Shown: in pieces, positions 1-10,939 of the stretch
Numbering within the stretch: position 1 is the stretch's first letter
Layout: every line of letters starts with the position of its first letter
Assembly: GCA_018398765.1 (NCBI GenBank)
Contig: JAHBMJ010000022.1
Span: 1-59,424, forward strand
DNA from: Chromera velia
Lineage: Eukaryota
Direction of reading: 5' to 3'
Length of the DNA stretch: 59,424 nt
Notes under the pieces: generated by a model
The model's input: only the letters and a program-made list of their open reading frames with translations
The model's database searches: none
Told to the model about the DNA's origin: nothing
Position numbers and translations under genes: made by a program

Positions 1-417
1 TTAAAAAATATTAGTTTTTAAATTTTTCCTATAAAATCCTATATATTTGACTCTTCATTAGTTGGATTACCTAATGCATGCATATGCGTGCACTGAGTGA
101 AACTCATGCATGCAACACTACGTAACAAGTTGAGTCATAATCTACACACTAATTTTCTCTAGCTGTAACCACACGTTCGAAAGGTCGATCGCGTGCCCGT
201 CATACATGCCTTCGTTAAACAGGGGAAAACTGCTTTGCGCTTTCAGAACTTGCAGCTGCCTCTTCGTTTGTGAATCTCCCTGAGAGGCGCCGTGAAAAGG
301 GACAGCGATCGAATTGATCGATGGACAGAGGGAGACGAGACAACGATCGAGGAGTCTTGAAGAGCTTCAGTGACTGACAGCGAGTGATCGTGAATCGGCA
401 GGCAGTGCGTACTGAAG

Positions 418-1258
418 ATGCGCATTCTTGTGTCTGTGGACATGGAGGGAATTGCAGGAGTGGTCTCTGCTCAACAGACGATCAAGGGCGAAGCGTCCTA
501 CGAGGAGGCGAGACTGTGGATGACCGATGAGGTCACTGCGGCCGTCTCCGCCTGCAAGTCCGTCCTTCCCTCCTGTTCTGTGAAGGTGTGCGACGGGCAC
601 GCGTCCAAGGACAATCTTCTTCTTGAGCTGCTGCCTTCGGAAGTGGAGGTTGCAAAGCAGGACGATGGAACGGCCATGATGTGTGGGGTGGAGACTTGTG
701 ACTTGGTGATCATGCTTGGATACCACGGGATGGCAAGGCCGTCTCCTGAGGAAGGGGAGACAGCAGGGGGGTGTCAGTGGGGATTTTTGGGGTCTGGTTC
801 TTTCCTTGCACATACGAATGTGCCTAGATGGGTAGAATGTCTTTCTGTGAACGGCATCCCATTGAGCGAGGGTCTGCACAACGCGCTGCTGGCCAAACAC
901 TTCGGCGTAAAACTTTTGGCTTACTCCGGCACGGACGTGGGAGTTGAGGAGATGAGAACCTCATTCCCTTCTCTGCCTGCAGTCGTGGCAGTGAAGTCCA
1001 CAGAGGACAACCTGGTGGGGGTATCACCAAAAGAAGAGATCCCCAAACACATCGAGAAGCTGAAGGTCAGAAGAAGGGGAAAGCAAGCCCTCTCTTCGTC
1101 CTGTTCCCTGCACTTGTATCTCTTCGTCTGAGAGGCCGGCAGTGTGTTCAGCTTCCAGGCTCCCTCTTTTGACTTTCCCCTGCTTTCTGGCTTTTCATTG
1201 CCGCTCTTCTCGCTCACAGAGTCTGTCTCTCTTTCTCTCTCTCTCTGTGTCTCTGTGT

Positions 1259-1290
<32 letters not shown>

Positions 1291-1395
1291 CTGTGTGTCT
1301 GTGTGTCTGTGTGTCTGTGTGTCTGTGTGTCTGTGTTTCTGTGTGTCTGTGTGTCTGTGTGTCTGTGTGTCTGTGTGTCTGTGTGTGTGTGGTGT

Positions 1396-1437
<42 letters not shown>

Positions 1438-2445
1438 CGTGTGTGCTGTCCTTCCCCCTCTTTTCTTCTCTTTCTTCTTTCCTTTTTTCGAGGATGTTTT
1501 CCTGCGGTCTGCCCCTCCGTCACCATCTTTTTGTGTCGTCTCGTTTTTCCCTCTCACACCAATCCGATGGATCTCTTCATTCTTCTTTTTTCTCTTTTGT
1601 TTGTGTCGTCTCGTTTTTCCCTCTCGCACCAACCCGATGGATCTCTTCATTCTTCTTTTTTCTCTTTGGTTGACTTCCTCAATTCAACGACAGATTTTTA
1701 AATGATGAGTGAAATGAAGCAAAGAAGAAATCGAACTGAGTGCATGTCCGAAAGACTCAATCCAAAAAAGCGAAGTCTCAATCAAGGATGTTGCGTTGTG
1801 AGTCAAATACTTTACCTTCCATCCTCCGCTCGTAGTAATGAAAGCTACGTGCACACATACAAGCACGAAAACCATCATTGTCGCTTGACGCATCTCATTC
1901 TGTCGTTTCGAAAGAGAACTTTGCAGGAGTGCGTGGTGACTGCTCTGAAGAATTCCGGCCTTCTCAATCAGCCCTCCGAGTCAACTCTGGATTGCTCCTC
2001 CGCACCAATGCCAGCCTCCGATGGTCCTTCAGAGAAGCAGAAGGAGAAAGACAGTCACGCAGGCACTGAGCAGTCAGTCCAATCCCGTCTCTCAGCACTT
2101 CCCGACATTCCTCTCCCCTCTTCCGACCTCCAATACAAGATTCGACTCCGGCGCCTAGTCGACAGAAAAGAGTTCGACACTGCAGTGCAAACGGTCAGGG
2201 AGGCACAAGAAAGAGAGACTCTCTCTGAGCCTGGCCCACTTCAACGCACAGAAGAGACCGGGGACACTGCGGCGAGTGGCTCCGCATCTGCCGCATCTGC
2301 ATCGCCTGGTCCTGGTCTCGCTGCGGTCTGCGTGTCTGAGGACGGCCGCACTCTGTCTTTCACTGCCGAGAACAGTCTGCAGGGGTTTCGGACTTACAGG
2401 GCGCTCTTGGCTGCTCTTCGTCGCCTCCCAGTCAGGAAAGATTGA
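418..2445 (+). CDS. dppA: D-aminopeptidase, peptidase family M55 (DppA-like); join(418..1065,1927..2445), ~388 aa
   Basis: The N-terminus MRILVSVDMEGIAGV and the motifs CDGH, LGYH, LAHT and NGIPLSEG match the M55 di-zinc ligand pattern (D8, E10, H61, H103, H132, E151). The phase-0 intron AAG|GTCAGA (1066) ... TTGCAG|GAG (1926) joins two ORFs in the same frame. The C-terminal VSEDGRTLSFTAENSLQGFRTYRALL resembles the DppA C-terminal strand-helix. Confidence 0.85.
1222..1445. repeat. (TC)n/(TG)n/(TGTC)n microsatellite in the dppA intron
   Basis: Visible simple repeat. Confidence 0.95.
1532..1667. repeat. Two tandem copies of a ~71-bp unit in the dppA intron
   Basis: tgtgtcgtctcgtttttccctctc(a/g)caccaa(t/c)ccgatggatctcttcattcttcttttttctcttt occurs at ~1532 and ~1603. 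Confidence 0.9.
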
Positions 2446-3133
2446 ATGAAGCGCAGCGTGCTTGACACCAGGCCTGATCGACACTGCATATGAAGGAATA
2501 AAAGAATTAATGAATGACTAAGCCACGTAGAGCCGATGCATTCTTATTATATTCTTATCTCAGGCTAGATTCTTATTAAATTCTAGATTAAATTCAAGTT
2601 TTAAACTAAGTTTTAAGTTTTTTACATACTTTGCACACTCATAAAATTTTAATTCAAATTAATTAAGACTATTTAAAATAGAAATTAAATTATTATTATC
2701 CTCCTTACTACACGCAACTAGACATGTAATATGCATGCATGACTAATGATATAGTGGTACAACTATAGATGTAATTGCTACTTTAATTGGTGCTTTCATC
2801 GCCTTTTGATCGAGCAGTCGCCGACAAGCACTATCGCCCTTCTACCAGAAATCGCGCCCGAACGGCAAATCACTATCAATGGCCAGATATATAATGAATG
2901 TAAATATAAATATTCAATATCGTTTATATATATATATAAATGTATTCAAATTTTAAACAGTTGTCAATGTGACTCAATGAATTAAATCAGTCAATATGAA
3001 ATAAATATAAAAAACTTATAAAATAATTTATGATTGATAATTAACTATACATATCACTTGGAAATCTTTCCAAAACTATTAGGCATCGATCTTCTAACTA
3101 ACTAACTGAGTTTTTTAAAAACATAATTTTTTA

Positions 3134-5832
3134 ACATGAGACCAACACAAATGGAGGCAGTTAGTGCGCCACCCGGTTCAAAAAGTTGTCTGTTTCTTGC
3201 GTGTCTTTGCTGTCTACTTTCTATAAGTGTATACACTGTTCAAGCGCAACAAGAGAAAACCAGGGCGAACAAGTCAAACGAGGGAAGGAGTACTCACCAT
3301 GCACCCAAACAACATTTGAAAGTCTCATCACCTTATTTTCCTTTCCCTTCCTCTGCTTTCCCCTTCGGCAACTTCGATGTATGACAACAGAACCAATGAA
3401 TGAATGAATGAATGAATGAGTGAATGAATGAATCGCATTTCTTTTTCCCCTTTCCCCTTTTCCCTTTCCGTTGCCACCCAATCAAGACAGTCTTGTTGCG
3501 TCCTCTTGCGTCTTTCTCTCCTTTCCCCTTTCCCTTTCCTTTCCTCTCCAGCTTTGAACAGAATCAGAACACCGCAGCAGGCGCAGGCACCACCCAGTCG
3601 GCGGTGGGAGTGCCGTCAAGGGACTTCACGACGTCCATCCCGGGAGAGATGTGCCTGCAGCGACTCCATCAGGCAATCGATCATGCACGTGAGGGGACGC
3701 GTCCATTTATCGGAAATTAAGTCATAGACCTTTTTGTGTGACTTGTGGGAGGCTAACGAAGGAGTCAATCAGTCTCCTTCACATGAAGCAGTTTCTCCCC
3801 CAAGAAGTCACGAAACCACAATCGCTCCGCAAATCATGAACATTTCAAATCAACCCCGAAATCATGAACATTTCAAATCAACCAAGCATCCATCGAGCCA
3901 CAAAAGTGACGTCGAGAAAGAAGGCACGGAAACGAAACCAGCAAGAGAGAAGGGAGGAAGGAAAAAGCAAAGGAAGAGAGACAGAAGTCAGGAACAAAGG
4001 AAAAAAAAAAGATGAAACGACGGTAAGGAGGGATGGAGAAACAGACAGACCCACCGTGACTGTGTGAGTTCCGGGAACGAAAGGATGGCGGGACAGGAGT
4101 TGAGGAGCCAGTCAAAAACTCGAGAACGGAAACTTGCCCTGCACAGAGAGAGACAGAGAAATACGAAGGAGGGAAAGAGGGAAAGTGATACACACACAGA
4201 CACACACACACATATATCAAGGCAGAGAAAGAGTGGAAGAGACAAAGTTCACGCTGGATGTATAGCCCTCTCCATGCATGCAATGGAATTCGTGAACATT
4301 GGCCTTTCTTCGTTCTCGCAGAAAGCACCCATGAACAGACAAAGAGGTTGCCTGACTGACTGACTGACTGACCATACGACGATCCCTTCAGCGATCCCCA
4401 AGAAGAAGGGAAACCCCAGGGCGAAGCAGAACACCAGAAGACTTGAGAGCAAATACTCCCGAAGCACGAACTGTTTGTGCCGGAGAGGAAACCACTCACC
4501 CGCCAGACCCACCACCGTGAACAGCAGCAGCAGGAGCAGAAGAAAGGTCACAGCAGCCCCTGCAAGAACGTACTGTGCCACCACCTCCTGCCGCCTTGCC
4601 CGTATGTACAGCCTGGCGCTTTCCATTCTCGGAACTTTCGCCTTCCGGGTCTCTCTGGAGAGGCCGGGAGGGAAGTCGAAGTACGACAACCCCCAGGGCC
4701 CACGAGAGACAATTTGTTCTTCTTCTTTCTCCCCCTCTTTTTCTTCTTTTTCCTCATCGTTCTCTGATTCCTTTTCTTGTCTCTCCCCTCGTTCCCCTTC
4801 TTCATCAATGCCCACGTTTGCATTCTTCTCTTCCCCTCCCTTTGTTTTCCCTTTCCCCCGCGAACTCCAGATGAGCCTTTGAGGGTCCAGACGGCCGAAG
4901 GAATTCTCGGCGCTCCAGATTGAGCCCAGAAGAGGACACACGGAGAGTGCAAAGAGGACCTCTACACAGAGGTAGGCGACCAAAGCTTTGAGGGCAGAAG
5001 CGTTCAGGAACGCTTCCATGTCCCCGAAGCCCTCCAGACCAAAACCCCTGGGGGCATTCACAATCGTCACAGGTTTTCTGTTCGTGTGTCTATCGTCGGT
5101 CTCCCCGATGAAGACCACGGTCAGACAGAGGAAGAAGGCAACGTTGAGGGTCAAGAGCATCTTGCAGGAGAAGACAAGTGTCTCGGTGAGAATGGACAGG
5201 TCGGAGATGTGAGTGACCAGCTTGGCTTGAGAGACCCGGACCGCGATTATGTTCCTCTTGATGCTCATCCTGAGTGCATTCATTCTTTCAAGCATTCATG
5301 GGTTCATATATAGGTTGATTTACTTTGGGTTAAGAACAAGTAAACTATTTCCACGTCCGTGAATTGACACCGTGTTGAATGGTTCCTTCCCCAAATGAAA
5401 GGAGGAAAGAAAGAATAAAGAGATCCTCCTGCCGGGCACATGCGCTTTTCTGAGCGTACACTCAACCACTTTCCCACATTCACACGAACACAGAGGAAAT
5501 ACGGAGGCCAGTCGATCCAGACTGACCAGCACAGTAGCGGGGCACTCATGAGACAGAATCGGGCCCTGCAGTCATCAATCCCGACCGATATGCATGCAAA
5601 AACCCAGATGAAGTCGACAAATGTTAGAAGGAACAAACGAAGGCATGGCAGGAAGGAAGGAAGGGAGGGAGGAACAAAAAAAGGGAGGAAAAAAAGGATC
5701 CGCAAATACCTCTCTCAAGCTCTGAATGAATGAAAACTCGACGATCGAATGAACGAGGATAAGTAAAGAGAGTCAGTGAAAAAGAGAGCAAGTGAGTAAA
5801 AGTCAATCATTTCCACCTGCTAAAACAAGGCA

Positions 5833-5871
<39 letters not shown>

Positions 5872-7524
5872 GAGAGGGAGGGTCCCATCCCTGGACGCGT
5901 CTGCCGGGGCCACAATCGCCATCGGGGCCCTCCACCTCTTCGCAGGCGCACCGAGACCACATGCAGAGAGACGACGATAGACTTCTGCTGCTGTACTTTT
6001 GAGGCGTTTCAGAGATTTTGTTTTCTGCTTCGAGTCCTTCTTTTCCTCTTCCTCTCCGGGCTCCCTCTCTTTCCTTCCCTCTCTTGTAGGATGGTCCTTC
6101 TCCGACCTACCAGAAGATGATGAGGAGGAAGAGGGAGAAGAGGACTGGCTTGCAATATTGGAAGAGTCAAGAGAAAGAGACGAAGATGACCTCTCAGAAA
6201 TGCGACAGTGGGGATGCTCGACAGGTGAACGAGTGGCGCTGTGCGGATTTTCTTTTTCTTCTCGGAGTCTCTCGACTGCTGTCGGCTGCTCTTTAATTAA
6301 TTCTCCGCTCTTCGCGCTCTCAACCAGCAGACTCCCCGAACAACTTTCTTCATCTCTTTTTGCGTTCCCACCAAAGAAGGTTTTGTGAGAGACCGGAGAA
6401 GGCGACTGGAGAGACAGAAAGGTGCCGAAAGAACCCGACGGAGAAAGACCCGCCCCTCCCCCTTCCACCAGACGCACCGTGCCGTCCGTCACGCTGATGC
6501 GACGGCGAGACTCAGACCCTCTTCCTCCCTCTTTCCCTTCCGCTTCGCTTTCTGCCTCCTTGCTTTGAGAGGGAACGAGAAGGACAACCTCACCTGTCGC
6601 CCCACCACCATAAGAAGGCGGTGAAGAGAAATCTGAGAAAAGAAGCTCCGAGGCAAGATCCCCTAGAATCATGTCTGCTTTCTTCTTCGCATCTCGTAGC
6701 GCCTTCTTCAAGTCTCTTTCCTGGTCCCTCCATTCCATCGAGTCTCTCTTGTCTGCCTCCTCCAGGGCTTCCAACAGAGCAGCGAGGTCTTCGTACAATT
6801 CTGCTGTCTCTGATATACTCACTGACTCCTCATCACCACTCTCCTCCTTCCCCGCCTCACTGCCTGAACCACTACTGCTATTGCTGCTGCTGTCAGAATC
6901 AAAATCACTGGAAGAAGACGAAGAACTGTCTGCGTCCCCCGCTTTCTTTCCCTTTCCCTTCCCCTTTCCCTTTCCTTTCTTGCGCTTCCTTTCTGCCATC
7001 GCTCTGAGCACCCTCGCTCGGATCTCCTCAGTGCTAAAGACAAACCCCATCTCATACTGTCGCCCCGCCATCTCCGCCTCCATCTGTTTCCACAAAGCCT
7101 TCTGCCGCTCTCTCTGGTCCAACGTATACCCCCTGCGCTCCTCCACCGACTGCGGGCGTCTCGCCTTCAGCGCTTGCCTGATCACCCGAGCGTCACAGAC
7201 CCCCAGGGACGTCTGCCTGAGGAAGGCGCGTCTCAGGCAGCTGCACCGACACCGACCTCCGGATGGCGGCTTTCCGACCACCCGGCCGCTCTCGTCGAAG
7301 CAGACGCCCCGAGAAAGGTGAAAGGCGACGATGCGGCGGGGGTTGAAGAATCTGCACAGCCAGTCGGAGTCAGATGGGGCAATACAAAAACACGTATACG
7401 GACAAACAGACAAGCAGAAACAATGCTTGAGAGAGACACGGTCAATTCACGAAAGGAAAGAATGATGCGAGCTAGGAGACTCACTTTCAAATTCTCTGCA
7501 CGTGCCCCTCGCTTCCAAAGAGCG
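3134..7524 (-). repeat. Left arm of a large inverted segmental duplication (partner 39243..43865)
   Basis: The reverse complement aligns with 39243-43865 over exons, introns and 3' flank. ORFs 5803..7413(-) and 39574..40974(+), and 4249..5295(-) and 41482..42441(+), are paralogous. Similarity ends at acatgag (3134/43865) and cgctctttggaagc (7524/39243). Confidence 0.95.
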
Positions 7525-9812
7525 GTCCGTACAGCCGTTGAACCTCTCTGTCGACCAATGATCAGATGAGACAAATTATTTAAAAAATTAGTCGGATGAG
7601 ATAAGCACAGCCTGCAAGGCCAACCAATCGACCGACCGGAGACGCGGCCGTACAGAAGGAACCCGCTCATCACAATTGCGGACATCGACGCGCTATTCAC
7701 TCTGTTGATGGTAAACTTGATCCAGGTGAAAGGACCGAGGGTCCCATCGACAGCGAATGTCAGCTGCTCATTCACAGACCACCCTGACAGTCCTGAATAC
7801 GACCCCACTTGAGTGTAGGTGCTCCCGCTGTCGGAGGATCCGGACACAACGACCGCAGTGGGAGTGCGATCTGTCTCAATACCCTCCTCACGGATGTGAA
7901 TTCCGAATGTGTTCACAAAGATCGAGCAGGGAATCTGCAGGAAGGACGGTAGGCACGAAGCAGAAATTAAGTTCATTCGACTGCAGGACGACAGATAAGA
8001 AAGACCCGGGGAAAGATGCTGCAACTGCAAGACACAGACAAAAACCCATGAGAGCACAAAGACACGCACGCACCTCGAGAATAAGGTCAACCCCACAGTC
8101 TGCAGCGTTACTGCAGATGCTTCCCGGTGTGTGGTACCCTGTCCGGGAACTTGTCTGTCCAGGGAGGTTGTCGAACGCTCCGTGAGGCGGCCACTCATTG
8201 CTGCCGTACCCCCCTGAGGACCCGGTGGGGTTCAGCCAGTCGTGGTTCGTCCTCACCCGGTACCTCCCGGCACAGTCCCCAGACGCGTAGTCCTTGTAGA
8301 ACGTGTGGAAGCCTCCGTAAGTCACGCTCCCGTCTTTCGTCCATGTGTGGGCAGCTCCGATGTCGGAGGGCGGGATCTGAATGGGGGGGCTTGCTGCAAA
8401 GAAGAAAGAAAGAAAGAAAGAAAGAAAGAGTCGCAAGTGGAAGATGGAAGAAAGAGAGGAGGAAACGCAAGGAGAAACCATTTGTGAGGAGGCAGAATAA
8501 AGACAGAAGCGACAGGAGACCGTGAAAAGAAAGATACTCCCGACTGATCGAAAGACTGTCGGATGGGGGGCCTGGAACCTAGAGGAGCTATTGGGCGAAG
8601 AGATCTATTTACATCTTGATGCACATACACACAACAAAACTACGCACAGAGCAACTGCATCACTGCACAGGCCGGATGTCATCGAGAGAGGGGGCAACAA
8701 CAGAAACAGAGGGTTGCAAGATGAAAGACACCAGCCACGTGAGGATACCACTGACCGACTGGCCTATCGAAGCAGAGTGTGAAGACTCAGTGAAAGGAAC
8801 CAGACTCAGAGCGTGGAAGGAAGTAAAAAAGATAGGAGGAAAGAGTAGAAGCACTCAAGAGAGGAATGAAAGAAAAGAAGAAAGGGACACAACGGCACCA
8901 TGCAAGAAGTCATGAAATCCATGCGACTGATCAGAGGGGTGTCGGAGGGACGGACTGTTTCCATTCGAATCCTCATACTGAGAACAAAAAAGAAGAGGAG
9001 AGGACGGAAGTCGAGTGACATAACGAGATACGCCCAGGCAGAGAGAAAAGACACCCGCCCCAACCCACCGACCAACCGACCAGGAATTCCATACAGAAGG
9101 AACCCGCTCATCACGATTTGAGTCATCGACGCGCTGTTCACTCTGTTGATGGTAAATTTGATCCAGGTGAAGGGCCCCAGCGTCTCGTCGGCATCAAACT
9201 CTCTCTGTTCATTCGCAGAGAATCCCGATTGGCCGGAGAAGGACCCCACTTGCGTGTACGTGCTCCCACCGTCGGCAGATCCATCCCGACACAACAACAG
9301 CTGAGGGGGTCCGTGAGGCTTCTGCCGTGTTCCCACGCACGTGGAGAGCATACCTAGTCACGAAGATCGAGCACGGCACCTGCATTACATACATGAGAGG
9401 GCACAATGATCTGTTTTTTTCCACTTTGCTCTCTTCCTCGGAACAAGAAACCACGATGTCTCGAAGTGGAATCAAGGCAAGGCTCTCACCTCCAAGATGA
9501 GCTCCACCCCGCAGTCTGCCGAGTTACTGCAGTCTGCCCCATTCGTGTGGTACCCCGTGTTAGTCCCAGAGTTTCCAACCACATTGTCAAAAGCTCCATG
9601 GGGCGGCCACTCGTCGCTGCCGTACCCCCCCGCTGCCCCCGAATTGAGCAACCAGTCGTGGTTCGTCCTCACCCGGTACCTCCCGGCACAGTCCCCAGAC
9701 GCGTAGTCCTTGTAGAACGTGTGGAAGCCTCCAAAGGTCACACTCCCGTCCTTTGTCCACGTGGGACCACCACCGATGTCGGAGGGCGGGATCTGGATCT
9801 CTGAGCTTGCTT
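3564..9812 (-). pseudogene. Chimeric, disrupted receptor gene: two discoidin/F5-8-like (galactose-binding fold) domains fused to the multi-TM tail of the 25381..43448 gene
   Basis: Exons 9490-9812, 9081-9379, 8074-8393 and 7637-7934 encode two copies of IQIPPSDIG..WTKD..EWPPHGAFD..LILE|PCSIF..GPFTWIKFTINR..LLYG. Tail exons include 5870-7351, 4373-5269, 4055-4138 and 3564-3654. Lesions are a 4-bp GGAT duplication (9279-9286) that shifts the frame, and CGA>TGA (7487-7489) relative to the paralog. The 5' exon and start were not identified. The fold assignment is inference. Confidence 0.7.
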
Positions 9813-10629
9813 CTGCATTCAGACAGTACATACATACATACATACATACGTATGTATGTATGTATGTAATAATATATGTATGTACGTATGTATGTGGGTG
9901 ATTGTGTTCCTGCTTCGTCCTTTCACGCGCGCGCACACACACACAGAGGGAGAGAGAGAGAGGGAGTGTGAGAGAGAGAGGAAGGGAGAGAGAGAGAGGG
10001 AGGGAGTGAGAGAGAGAGAGGAAGGGGGAGAGAGAGAGAAAGAGACGTGGACAGACAGATGGGTCCCCCCTCTGTATCTTAATTCGACTGACTCGACGGA
10101 AGAACGCAGAATCCGATCGAGAGAAGGGCACACAAGGCCCATCTTGGGAGTGTGGGAGGAGGAAGGGGACATTTTGGGTCCCTTCCAAAGCTGGATCTCC
10201 TTCCGTAGCGCATCGATCTTCTTCTGAACAGGTTCGTTTGCATGTGCGTTGAGCCCTAATGTGAATGTATACTGTTTGAGAAAAGCTCCGACAGGATCTC
10301 TCGATTTTGTCAAGTACACCTTTGGAAATGCACTTCGGTCAATTTCCTGCTAAACCGTCGTGCTACAGAAGCAGAAATGTATATCTAAAACCACATCAGC
10401 TTTTGCCTCAATTGGTTCGGACGGATGGATGGATTGTATATATATACGACCACAAGCATGCATCCACGAGCCTGGCACGAGGCGAACCGCACAATATACT
10501 GTCTGCATGTCCCTTCTGGTTACTCTTCTGGTCTTGGATTACGATACTGCCAGGTGCACAGTACTTCGTACAACGGCGCAATCATCTCTGACTGCACTGT
10601 CACTTATATACTGAAGATATACTGAAGAT

Positions 10630-10836
10630 CCATGCAGGATCGAGAGCGGACGGAAAGCATGCATGCATGAGCCCGCGCGCGGGCCGCGCGGGGCCGCGCG
10701 CGCCTGCATGCATGCATGGCTTGATGCAGCATGCAGCATATATATGCAGCATGCATGCATATGCATGCAGGGCTCTATATATGTAGCTGAAGCTATAGAC
10801 GCTGCATGACGCTGCATGCACTGCCACTCAGCGCAT
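10630..10836. promoter_or_regulatory. Putative bidirectional promoter: GC-rich palindromic core flanked by TGCATGCA arrays
   Basis: Lies between divergent genes. Contains the perfect palindromes gcccgcgcgcgggc (10671-10684) and tgcatgcatatgcatgca (10752-10769), plus many (T)GCATGC(A) motifs. Confidence 0.5.
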
Positions 10837-10939
10837 GTCGCTCTGTTGTTTAAATTCTTATATATATAGTACCTCGCCTGATCCTTCTTTGAACCTCTGC
10901 CGAGCTGCTCTCACACAGCAAAGGAATCAGAAGAAAAGG

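Noticed and set aside
921..1705. ORFs rich in CV/HT dipeptides
   Set aside because: Translations of (TG)n microsatellites inside the dppA intron.
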